Source: the human T2T-CHM13v2.0 reference genome, Homo sapiens. Taken from it: a stretch of DNA of 64,000 nucleotides. The stretch spans positions 36,704,001-36,768,000 of the forward strand of contig CP068257.2 of the NCBI GenBank assembly GCA_009914755.4, given 5' to 3'. The notes beneath the pieces were generated by a model, which was not told where the DNA came from, did not search any database, and worked only from the letters and a program-made list of their open reading frames with translations. Shown here one piece after another: positions 27,311 through 37,900 of this stretch. The first letter of the stretch is position 1. Every line of letters begins with the position of its first letter. The translations under genes were made by a program, and so were the position numbers.

Positions 27311-30300
27311 AAGAGAAAGCCCAGAGCCTGGCAGGCAATAGCCAAGCGATGGTAGCAGTTATTATCCCTAGTGGAAATCCCAGCACATGAACACTCTTGG
27401 ATTGTTGTTTGTTTCACAGCTCGAGTCTCTGGAACTGGAGGAATCCCTTCCAGTTACCTCCTGTTCTTGCTTTTCGGATGCCGGGGGCCTCTCTTGCCAG
27501 AACAGCGGTCATGAGCCATGAGGGCAGTTTCTACACATCTTCCTAGACAGGATGGCTTGGCTTATGATCTGGAAGATGTTTTGCCACTGTTCAGCCACAA
27601 GAATGGTTGTCATTTGCTCCGTTGCTTGTAAAGGAAGGCTCGTCTATGGCATTTGGTTAGTGAGAGCAGCAGTTTAGAGAATAAGGAAAGAAGTTTGTTT
27701 GAAGAGAGTCTCAGAAAGTGAAAGGTAACTGTTTTACACAGATGATGGATGAAGCGACTCCTTTTGCAATAAGCCCTTATCTTTCCTTAAAGCTTGTTCC
27801 AAGGGGGAAAGCCTATCACCTGGCCTACTGTGATTCTTGGAGTCTCCTCTGGCAAAAGAGGTGGCAGTTGTGGCTTGCCTCCATTTCGTTTTCTCTGCTG
27901 AGACCTCCAGAAAGTCAACCTGCCTCAGAAGGTGCAGGTCCCATGGGTTGTGGCCCCTCAAGGGATGGTTACAAGGCAGGCAACTGAGTCACACATTTCG
28001 TTGCTTCCCAGGACACTGGAGACTTCTCACCTTGAGGGTGGGAGAGGTCTGACGGTTTGAAGGAAAGAGGGATTCCTACATACTGCAGGTCTTGGTAGGG
28101 AAAATGTCTTTGTTTATGAAGCCTTGGCGAGCACAATCATGAGTGATTTGGGGAAGGATTTCCTGGGGAATGGAGACTCTGTGAAACAGACAGGTCTCGC
28201 CTCATTTCTCTCTAGTCCCTGGCAGCAGCTGCTCACAGGAAAGAGTGCAGGGTCTTTGCTAAGATTCACTGAGGTTCCAGCACTGCATAGAAACAAGTAG
28301 CTAAGTGTCCCAGTAATTGTCACCATCTGTACCTAAGAGAAAGGAAAACCTCACGTGTGACCATCTTTTTTTTTAAGCAATCATTTCTTGAGAGAATAAA
28401 GCAGAAAAACCTGAACTTATCCTTTTGCTTGTACTAGGAGAAAGAGAAAACGCAACAAAACACACACACCTGACCCCTAGCTAACCTTTCTCAGGATGGG
28501 GATGGGAGGGTCCTGTCTGGAATCTCAGAAGTTGGGGCTTCCTAAGGCACCCCTACACCCCCGTTTCCTGGAATCTGCTAAAAGAAAATGGAAAACTAGC
28601 CGAGATATTTGACTGAGGTTTCTTAAGAAAACATATTCTCGGTTTGGGTTGTTTTCTGAGGGGAGGGTTGGAGCGATGTGGTTTAAGTAAGAAAATTGCT
28701 CATGAACAGTGATGGAAATAGTGACTCTCTTGACTGTTCCACATGTCTCTGGCTATAGTTACAGGAAGCAAAGTGGAACAGTGTTTGCGAATTACCTGGG
28801 GAACGCGGGCAGAGTGGACAACTGATCTAAAAGGCTGGAGCCAAGAAAACATCACTGCATCAGTGATCTGGGTAATTCCATGGCTGGAGCATGTGTTTAG
28901 TTACTTAAGTGGAAGGTGGGGACGATCTTATTTCGGGAGCCTGGCTAGACTCCAAGATGAAATAAGATAACCTACTTCATCTAATTTGTTGCCCACACTC
29001 CCTAGAGACTAACGCATCTCAGGTCTCTCTGACGTCTATCCTAGTGAATCTCAAAAGATTTATTTTCATACTCTTTTAATAAGGTCAGTCAACCAAAATC
29101 TAAACTACTTGACTTGACTTTGAAAATGGTTTTAGAATCACAGTTCATAGTATAAGAGCACAAACAGTTTCCATTATCTTTGAATAAATCCAATAAATAA
29201 TATTCACAAATTCTAAGACACAGACAATTTTAGTTGTTTGACCAACAGAATCAGTTTTTCTCCGGTGTATCTTTGTGGTTAGCCTTTATGATGTCACGTT
29301 TCTGCTACCAACTATCTATTCAGGGAAAGATAAACAGAGGGCAAACAATATTTGTTTATACCTTTTGGGTTAAAGACACAAAAAATTCTGCTTAATTGCC
29401 TTCATCAATCAGTAGAAGATCCTAAATTCCTGGGGATCATGGAGCTCAAATGGTTAGGGTGGGCCATGTGTACACAGTCATTCATTCAATAATTCATTCA
29501 CTCTCTCAGCCAGTCAATAAGTGTTGCACATCTGCAAAGTGCCCGGCACTGGGCTAGGCTCTGGGCATTTCAAGATGAATAAGACCCCACTTCTGAATGA
29601 CGCAAAGAGCTTTCCAGCTACACAGTGGCATTTGTAATGTCACAGGCAGTCCAAGGAGGGAGTGGTTACTTCACAGAAGTCACTAGAGAAAAAGAGTATT
29701 TATGCAGGGCCTACAAGGATGGGAAAGATTTTGGCAGGGAGAAGCAGAGGGCTAAGGAGCTCTAGAAAGATGAGTTTCCAAGTATAAGCAAACTGAGGAA
29801 GCTGGAAATGAGGAAAATGGGGTGGTCAGCATGGCTGAAGCTTGGGAAATGCGGAGCGGAGTGGTGGCAAATAAGCCACTGACAAATTGCCGAGTTTCTT
29901 CGGAAGTAACGAGTGGGGCTTTTCTCTGTAGTAGCTGGGAACCAAAGAAAATGTGTGCGTGGAGGCAGAGGCAGTCAGGGATCTGATCGGAAAGTTCAGT
30001 GTGCTGTCAGGTGAGGAATGCATTACACAGGTGGGTTGGAAATACTGGGATAGGAGGCAAGAGATACAGACTTGAGCAAATGCCTGAGAGGGAAGCAGTA
30101 GGTTGCTGAGCAGGGCATTGCCGAGGGCAAGAGGAGAAGGAGGTGGCTGTGCAGAGGGGGCAGGCCACCCATCTGGACTCTGTCCTGGCCCCACTCTTGG
30201 CAGCTATGGGACCAGGTTTAAGTGGCCTCCAGTTCCTCTGGAGAGAGAGAAGGACTGGGTACAGCAGCCCCTCCCCCAAGCCTATTGAGACATCTGTAGG

Positions 30301-31055
30301 AAAGAGAGTTCAGCTCACTGGGAAGGAGAAGCCTTCAAGGCTGGAGAGCGCTGTGGTGATGTGGTTATCTAACTTTGCTGTGGGTCAGAATTGCCTGGGC
30401 AGCATAGCAAGCGGTCCCATCCCTGGAAACTCAGACTGGGCTGCCTTTGTAGCTGCACCACACTTTGGAAAACCCTAATCTCACATCTGGGGTGTTTTCT
30501 GATTCTCTGTTTGGAGGATTCTGAAGCTCAGAGGGGCTGGGTGGGTCCAGCCTGAAAGGGGCACATCCCATCACCTCTCTCTCCTCCACCATTCACAGGG
30601 ACGCCCAACACGATGCCCTCCGTGTCTTCATCTCTCCCTCTCCACCTCCTCAGTCCCTTTCCCTGGACTTCATGGGAGCCTGTTGAGCTCAAAAGATCCC
30701 CAAGAGCCAAGATGCAAGCCTGCAGATTTCAGGACAGCTGGTCCTGGCGCTGCTGGCTGCTCGCAAGGGCCGGGCCTCCTCATTGCCGTCACCAGCCCCC
30801 GTTGGGCCTCATCAGAGCAAGACCAGGCTCGGCTGATGCTCGGCGCTGTATTCCTTGACACCTCCATGAGGCTTGCTGCCCAGCATGTCCCAGGCTTGCT
30901 GGAAATGCTGAAGCTCAGGCTCACCTCAGACCCACGACTCAGAGTCTGTATCTTTTCCAGATCCTGGAGTGATCGCATGTGCACGTATAAATCGGAGAAG
31001 CTTTGGCTTCCATAGCCTCTGCTGGCTGTAACTAATCCTTCCTCACCCCATACTG

Positions 31056-31287
31056 AGGGAAAAGAAAGAAGGGAAGGGAGGGAAAGGAAGGGAAGAGAAA
31101 GGAGAAGGAAGGACAGGGGGAGAGAGAGAGAGAGAAAGGGAAGGAAGGAAGGCAGGAAAGGAAAGAAGGAAGGAAGGAAGGGAGGAAGGGAGGGAAGGAG
31201 AAAGAGAAAGGAAGGAAGAACAGGAGGTTAGGAGAGAGGAATGAAAGAAAGAGAATGAGAGAGGGACAGAGGGAGGGAGAGAGAATG
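31056..31287 (+). repeat. Long imperfect polypurine (GGAA/GA-rich) microsatellite tract, ~230 bp, purine on the + strand
   Basis: gagggaaaagaaagaagggaagggagggaaaggaagggaagagaaaggagaaggaaggacagggggagagagagagagagaaagggaaggaaggaaggcaggaaaggaaagaaggaaggaaggaagggaggaagggagggaaggagaaagagaaaggaaggaagaacaggagg...gagggagagagaatg. It is almost entirely A/G on one strand with many GGAA units. Confidence 0.95.
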
Positions 31288-32599
31288 ATTCTGTGAGTCT
31301 CTTAACTCTGGTCCTCCTGTTACACATCTTTTCTTCTACTTTTCCTTTGTTTCACACTTAAGCTTTGAAGATGTAAAGTAGGACCAGAGGGTGAGAAATT
31401 CAAGAACCTTGAAATAAAAGACCTTTCTGTTTGCTTTTCATTTCCTAAAAAGGAAGTCCTCACTGACTGTTCCTGTAAGGGATATTAAGCTGTGTGGATT
31501 GTGAGTGATTCGTCACACAGCAATTTGGAGCAGGAAGCACATGAAACCCTAGAGCTAGCCTGCACGCAACTAATTGAAGCCCTCAATTAATCGGATTGGC
31601 TTCCACCTTCAGGAGAAAAGCAAATACTAAGAAAACAAATTAGCACCTGGAATTTAACAACTTCCCTTTTTTGGTGTGGGGGCGCATTATATTCAGAGTA
31701 CATGATAACTGATGGCTCGTCTCATAGGCACAGACATCTTTACAATCCTCTAAGGCAGAGTGGTGTGGTGGAAACGGAGTTGGCAGAGGCATCAGATCTG
31801 CCCGGGTTTCCATCCCAGCTCCAGCATGCATGGGCCATGTCGCTTGGCAAGCAGTCTCACCACTCAGAGCCTTGATTTCAGGATTAAAAAAATAATAACC
31901 TATTCAACAGAATCATGGTCGAGAAGATTAGGGGTTTGTGCAACTCCTTACCTGGTGGATACTCAACCGGAATGAGTTCTCTTTCTCAGTTCCTGCCTAC
32001 AGATCTATAGACACTTAGCTTTAAAAGCTTTGATTATGGCCAGTTGCCTGGTCTACCTAATACCAGCAGAGGAGTGTATTTTCCCTACTATGGTGGAACA
32101 GAGGTAAAGGTTTTCCAAGTTTGAAGCAATCATACAAACAAAATAGGAGCCCAAAGACTTCTGCGGAGCTTTGGAATGAGAGGTGCCCATTCTGGTTTCA
32201 GAAACGCCAGCGCCATCTCTTGGAGGAGCATGAAATTGTTTCCTTGGGCTGAAGAAGCATCCATGGGGCCCCAGGTAGGTTCAGCTGGTCCTCTCCTTCT
32301 TTCAACTGTAGTTTCAGACTGGAACCCCAGGGCTTCTTCCAAGGGAAACATTCTTACTTATTTCCTTATAAAGGTCCTGCATACCTTTGTTTGTCTCTCT
32401 TCCAATCAAACCATTCTTTCTCTCTAATTTCATCGGGTCCAGTATTTCCAAATTTCAGTCCCAGTTTGTAAATCTACAACTCAAGCCAAACCTTCAAAGA
32501 CTGAATTTTCTAAGTGGTTAGTTATCCTTCTAACACAGAGGGTCTTCCTTCTAACACCCCAGCAGAGGCCGGGTAGCCTAGCACTCAAGATCCTGGACT

Positions 32600-32760
32600 C
32601 TGAAGCTAGACCACTGTGTTTAGCATCCCCTCAGCCTTCCAACTGTGTGACCTTGGAAAGTTACTTGACCTCTCTGTGCCTCAGTTTCCCCACCCACAAA
32701 ATGAGGCTGACAGCAGACACCACCTAGAATGGTTGTTGCAGCATTACAGGAGTTCACACC
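32600..32760 (+). mobile_element. MIR SINE core fragment
   Basis: cactgtgtttagcatcccctcagccttccaactgtgtgaccttggaaagttacttgacctctctgtgcctcagtttccccacccacaaaatgaggctgacagcagacaccacctagaatggttgttg matches the MIR core (tgtgtgaccttgggcaagtcacttaacctctctgagcctcagtttcctcatctgtaaaatgggg...). Confidence 0.8.
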
Positions 32761-34046
32761 TGCAGCACTCGGTGCAGGCCTGTGACAGATCATGAGCAAG
32801 TGTTTGCCATCATCTTGGTTTTCAGTGGCTGTTCCCTTACACACCACTTACGACGCTGGGCTAGGATTTCACTTGACTTGTCCAGGTTACCCACCAGGCG
32901 GTGTTTCTGTAGCATGGGCAGTAAAGGCAGCATAAATCTAGGCCACACTCACAAATGCACATTGTTAGCACACAAACCCCGTGATTCAGATGCAGGTGGT
33001 CTGGGGGCCTGATTTTTAGAGCTGCTGCACTCAGTTTTGTGCTCCTAGGGGGCAGGGACTAGCTCCATCCATCTCAGACCCCAGCCTGCATGCAGCAAGC
33101 ACCCGCCCCCTTGAAAGTGCTCAGCTCAAGTTGCTTTCCTTCTCCATCTTCTTTAATAAATGATCTTGGAGTGAACAAATGGGAGGCTGACAGTATTACA
33201 CTAAAATAACAGGAGTTTCTGGTCACCTGAGAAGCACAATGGTCTCTCATCTTCTCCTTACTCCATTAGGAGTTCATATGCCTGCATTTTCCTCATTAAA
33301 TCTGAGGTGCTTTTCTGAACTCTATCTGAGAAGGAGCTGAAGTAATCAATGAGTGTCTCACACACAAACACATGGAAACAGGTTCTTAGTGAGAGCGGTG
33401 GGGACTCTGACTCCAAATTTAATGATTTTTCACTAAAAAGGAATGACGCTTCCCTTCACTAGAAAGCAATGATGTCTTCGGTGGTTGCATCAATGACCAA
33501 ACATGTATAATAAACTGCTTCTTTGAACTTGAGGACATCTGATTAAGAGATAGAAAGCAAAACAAGCCTTCACAGATGGTAATAGTGCTGGGACACATCA
33601 CCTTTTGTGAATAACTGAAGAGTATATATTAATAACAGAAATCACATTGGTGTGCCCTTACTGAGGATCGACAAAGGAGAACACGTCTATGTTTTGTGGA
33701 AACACGACTGAAGCCTTCATCCAATGACGTTGGCCGGCCCCGCTCTCCTCGTGCCATCAAGCACTCTACGCTGACTCAGTAGAGCAGCACAGCCCTGTGT
33801 GTGGAGAGATTCCCATGCACCATGGGAAGAGGGACCAAGCCTGGGCCCTGGAGGGCGCAGCCGGTGCAGTCTGCAGCAGGCTCTGTGTTTCAATAACTGT
33901 GGTGTCCCCACACCCCAAGGGCCATCTGTAGATCTGCTGCTCCAAAGTCTCTCACAGTGGCTCTTCTTTGGAGGTCACTCTCCAGTTAAGTGGGGGACCA
34001 ACTGCAAACTTCTCCCATCAATATGAACTGCAATATGATATTGCAG

Positions 34047-34075
34047 CAAACAAAACACACACACACACACACACA
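34047..34075 (+). repeat. (CA)n dinucleotide microsatellite
   Basis: aaaacacacacacacacacacacactctc. Confidence 0.95.
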
Positions 34076-35439
34076 CTCTCCCAGAAGCATTTAACAGGAG
34101 AAGTGTGTACCTACACATTTAGTCCCAAGATCTCTTTCCAGGCCCTGTCCAGGTTCGTGGTGGAAGCCTGTCCTCTGCACACTGGCTTCCCCAAATCTTC
34201 CCATATTCCAGAGCAGGGGAATCCTTTCTCCATCTTTTGGCTCAGATCTACTGCGGAGTGTGGGAGAAATATTAAAAGTAATGATCCTTGATGGTTAAAG
34301 CTGCCTTATCAAGTTCCTGCCCCTGGGTTTAAATAAAGTCTCTTTTTCTGCCAGCTTTAGATAAGGATGGAGGGTGAGAGAAACAGACAGAGACAGAAAG
34401 AGAGAGACAAGAAGGGAGAGAGGCAGAGAAGCAAGGACTCTATAGGGAAAGAAAGAGCTTGGACATTAATTCATTTTATGAATATTTGTTCTACTCTTCT
34501 TAAGAACAAGGTTTGTCCCAGGTGCCTTGGGGGCAAGAGAGAATTTAAGGGGTGGCAAGGGGCCACTGTCCCGCATCTTGGGGACGTTGTAGGCAGGCAG
34601 GTAGGGATGTGCTAAGGTTCCCGGGTCCTGGAGATGCCAGGCAAGTTGGAAAATGCAGAAGAGGAGGCTGGGGTGGACAGGGGTCATTTTGGCTGAAGCT
34701 GGTTATGAGAGGCTTAGAAGGTGAAAGTGTCTGCTGTGCTGGGCCCTGAAATGTAGGTCTTCTTGGCCACAGTGGGAAAGGGGAGCCCTAGAGGTCCTTG
34801 AACAGTCTGAGTGACAACACCTGGGCTGCCCAGCCCCAAAGGCCAAAACCAAGACACGTCTTTGTCCCAGAGGTTGGGCTTGGTGGCTGCAGCTGTGGAT
34901 GCTGACCCTTTCATGGGCATGGGGACAGGTGAAAAGCAGGAGCGAGGCAGGCAGGAGTGGGTGCCAGCACCAGCCCACAGCCATGAGGCCTGTGCCAGGC
35001 CAGCCTGTGGGGACACTGGGTCCCCGAGAGAGACATGGAAGCTCCCGCCAGCAGGAGACTTGAAGGTGGTCAGTTCTGAAGTCCTCTCCTCCTTAGGCCT
35101 GGACCTGGGGACACAGGCTCCAGCCAGCAGCAGGAGCCCATGAAACTCATTTGTCCCAATCTTCTTCCCAAGTCTCAACAGCTTTCGGGGGGTTCTGTGA
35201 CAGATGCCCCACTTCCAGCTCCACAGCCAGCCCTACGCTAACTCTGACAGATGAAAGGCCTCAGAATCCCCTTCTTCAATTGTACTGCACCCAACTTGTG
35301 GAAAGCAAAACAATATTAAAAATACTTTTTAAGAAACTCTAGAATATATTGTCATCAAAGTGATCACGGTTCTGCTTATTTTTGGTCATCGCAACCAATG
35401 TACTGAGCCCCCTTTGCCCAGACCCTAGCAGGTCCTGAG

Positions 35440-35760
35440 TCTCAGCGTCCACAAAACGAGGCTATGGCCCTTGGGGAGTTCCGTGCGGTGCCACAATTGG
35501 CCTCTGAGTTACTCTAGAGTGATAAACGCAGCCTTGGCAGTAAAATACCAGAGAGGTAATGAGTGCGGACTCCGTGCTCCCTCCGCAGGGGCAGGTGCGT
35601 GAGGCTCTAGCGCCACCTCGTGGGCCGTGGGATTCGTGCCCATCTCCTCCCGGGCGGGAGTTCCTCTGGAGCCAGGAACTCTTTGGGCTCAGGGTGTCTT
35701 TTTAGAAAAGCTTCTGACGTTGGTTCTTCTTTAGTGGACCTTCTCCGGTAAAACGGGGTT
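35440..35760. promoter_or_regulatory. Short CpG-enriched, GC-rich patch (candidate regulatory element or unannotated TSS; function unproven)
   Basis: At least 15 CpGs in ~320 bp (acgag, ccgtgcgg, aacgcag, tgcggactccgtg, ccgcagg, gtgcgtg, tagcgcc, ctcgtgggccgtgggattcgtgcc, cccgggcggg, gacgtt, ccggtaaaacgggg). The surrounding tens of kb are strongly CpG-depleted. Confidence 0.3.
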
Positions 35761-35858
35761 AACAACTCCAAACTTTTCCCCACCTAAAGGGATTGAAAGG
35801 CTGTTTCAAAGGAATTAGAGCTCTGAGACTGCAACCCACAAAACACACAATAGCATAT

Positions 35859-36163
35859 ACACAGAGATGCACATAGAAACATAGACACACAGGGACACAC
35901 ACCAGAGATACACACACACACACACACGGACAGGCAGACACATGGCCACAAACACATACACAGAGATACACACAGAAACATATACACACAGGGACACACA
36001 CCAGAGATACATACACAGACACACACGGACAGGCAGACACAGGGCCACAAACACATACACAGAGATGCACATAGAAACATTTACACACAGGGACTCACAC
36101 CAGAGATACACACACACACGGACAGGCAGACACATGGTCACACACACACACACACATACATAC
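35859..36163 (+). repeat. CA-rich minisatellite: three tandem copies of a ~100 bp unit
   Basis: Unit 1 (35859-35956): acacagagatgcacatagaaacatagacacacagggacacacaccagagatacacacacacacacacacggacaggcagacacatggccacaaacacat. Unit 2 (35957-36056): acacagagatacacacagaaacatatacacacagggacacacaccagagatacatacacagacacacacggacaggcagacacagggccacaaacacat. Unit 3 (36057-36163): acacagagatgcacatagaaacatttacacacagggactcacaccagagatacacacacacacggacaggcagacacatggtcacacacacacacacacatacatac. Confidence 0.9.
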
Positions 36164-36889
36164 AGTGATATTCAACAAGGGAAGGGTGCACCCACAGGCT
36201 CAGTCTTGAGACCTCTCTCCAGGCTCCTGGGTGGGTTGGGGAAGCTGAGCCTCCCTGCCTGCTCATAGCACACAGCCTCCACAAATCTTGCTCTATTCCA
36301 GAGTGAGAAAGGAACGTTAAAACTGATGATCCCTGATGGCCAAGGCTGCCTTATCAAGATCCTGTTCCCGATTCAATAAGAAAAGATGCCTCTTGTGCCA
36401 GCAGCAGATAAGGCTGCAGCCCTGGGCGTTCCCAGGAGAGCGAACAATGGAAGCCCCCAGGATGCCTCTATATGAGGTAGGATGGTTACTTGCCCAGTCC
36501 CTGCCTGCCAGGCCCTTATCTGGGAGGCGCTGGTTCGGGTTGCACCCTCCTGTGTTCCTAGCGGGGGCTGCTGCACACCAGGCTTCTGAGGCCTTCCTGG
36601 TGGGGGTTGGTGGAATGGCGGCGGGGGGAGGGTTTTGACGGTGCATCCTGAAGTGCTCCCTGCACCTTTCCCAGAAAAAGAAAAGGATGCCATGAAAACA
36701 CTTCACCCTAGACATGGTTTACCCTCGGGAAAGCTGATGTGAAAGAAGTTCCAGGGGGCCAGGGATAGAAAAGGATTTAGAAAGATGAAGGCAACAGACA
36801 AACGACACTTACAAAGTGCCCAAAGTCTGCAAGTCCTGATAGTCACAGGGAAGGACATCAGCTGGCGGGAAACCTCACCTTTTAGGCCT

Positions 36890-36990
36890 GCATGTCAGTC
36901 TTGCACTGCTGAGCTGTGTGACCCTAGGCAGGCTACTTAAACCCTCTGTGCCCTGGCATCTCCATCTACAGAATAAAGCTTCTAACAGCA
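36890..36990 (+). mobile_element. MIR SINE fragment
   Basis: gcactgctgagctgtgtgaccctaggcaggctacttaaaccctctgtgccctggcatctccatctacagaataaag. Confidence 0.6.
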
Positions 36991-37589
36991 TAGGCCTCAC
37001 ACACCTGTGTGGAGACCCCATAAGTCAACAACATGTGTTTACCCGAGGAAATAAATATGGGTGCCCCTTTAGGCCTGTCCCACAGAGTTATACAGCTGAA
37101 AGACCTCAGAGTAGGTCCACACCCCTTACCAAGTAATGCAGGCCTTGATTAATTGCCACTTGAAGGGAGGTGGGGAGAAAGCACCCTGTCACATCACAGC
37201 TAAATTTACTAAAAAAGAAACTCTTTGCCCACTTATCTTTCGAAAGTGCCTCACAGCAGAGACAGCCCCAACCCCTTCCTCTCTCTCCAGCCTCACCTCT
37301 CCTCCTAAAATTCAGTTCCTCCTCACACTCTCAGTGCCTGGCCCCGGCCATGCATTAGATGCCCTGAAGAGCTTTTGAAAAGGACCAATCCCTGGGCCCT
37401 ATCTCAGGTGTGTCTGAGCATCTGTAGATTTTAGAAGCTCTGAGGAGGATTTACATGCATTTAGGGTGGAAATCACTTGTAAGTAAATTTTTTTAACTGT
37501 TCCCTGTAAATATGGACCAATGGACCACTTATGGCTTCTGCTAATTCTCTTACATATGCCCATGGTACCTTGTTGCAGTATCATTTGTA

Positions 37590-37900
37590 TAATAAAAAGA
37601 TTGGAGCCAACCAGAAAGTCCATCAATGGGGGGAAAATTAAATAAAATGTAGTTCATTCAGCAATGGAATACTATGCAGCTCTGAAAAATGAATCAGGAA
37701 GCTTTCTATGAACAGATGTGGGAAGTCTCCAACGTATAGCATTAAGTGGAAAAAGCAAGACATAATGGTAGTGTGCACGTTCTATATTACATAAAATGTG
37801 AATAAAGGCAGTTTATATTCATGTTTTCTTGGATATACATTTAAAAAACTCTAAAAAGATACACAAAGAATGGTCTAGTAGTCATTATAGGGGGTCTGGG
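37590..37900 (+). mobile_element. Old L1 (L1M-like) 3' end fragment
   Basis: gcaatggaatactatgcagctctgaaaaatgaatcaggaagctttctatgaacagatgtgggaagtctccaacgtatagcattaagtggaaaaagcaagacataatggtagtgtgc...ataaaatgtgaataaag matches the conserved L1 3' motif atggaatactatgcagccataaaaa... and continues with downstream L1M-like sequence. Confidence 0.6.

Noticed and set aside
34703-35178. 154-aa minus-strand ORF and overlapping 110-aa plus-strand ORF
   Set aside because: This is a GC-rich region between the two paralogous blocks. It is low-complexity (Gly/Ala/Pro/Ser-rich) with no start context and no homology that I can recall. It is treated as fortuitous.
35759-36153. Overlapping minus-strand ORFs (98-112 aa) encoding Cys/Val/Leu-rich repeats ([15 protein letters not shown]..., [15 protein letters not shown]...)
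   Set aside because: These are artefacts of translating the TG-rich strand of the 100 bp CA-rich minisatellite in three frames. Their periodic repetition mirrors the DNA repeat, not a protein domain.
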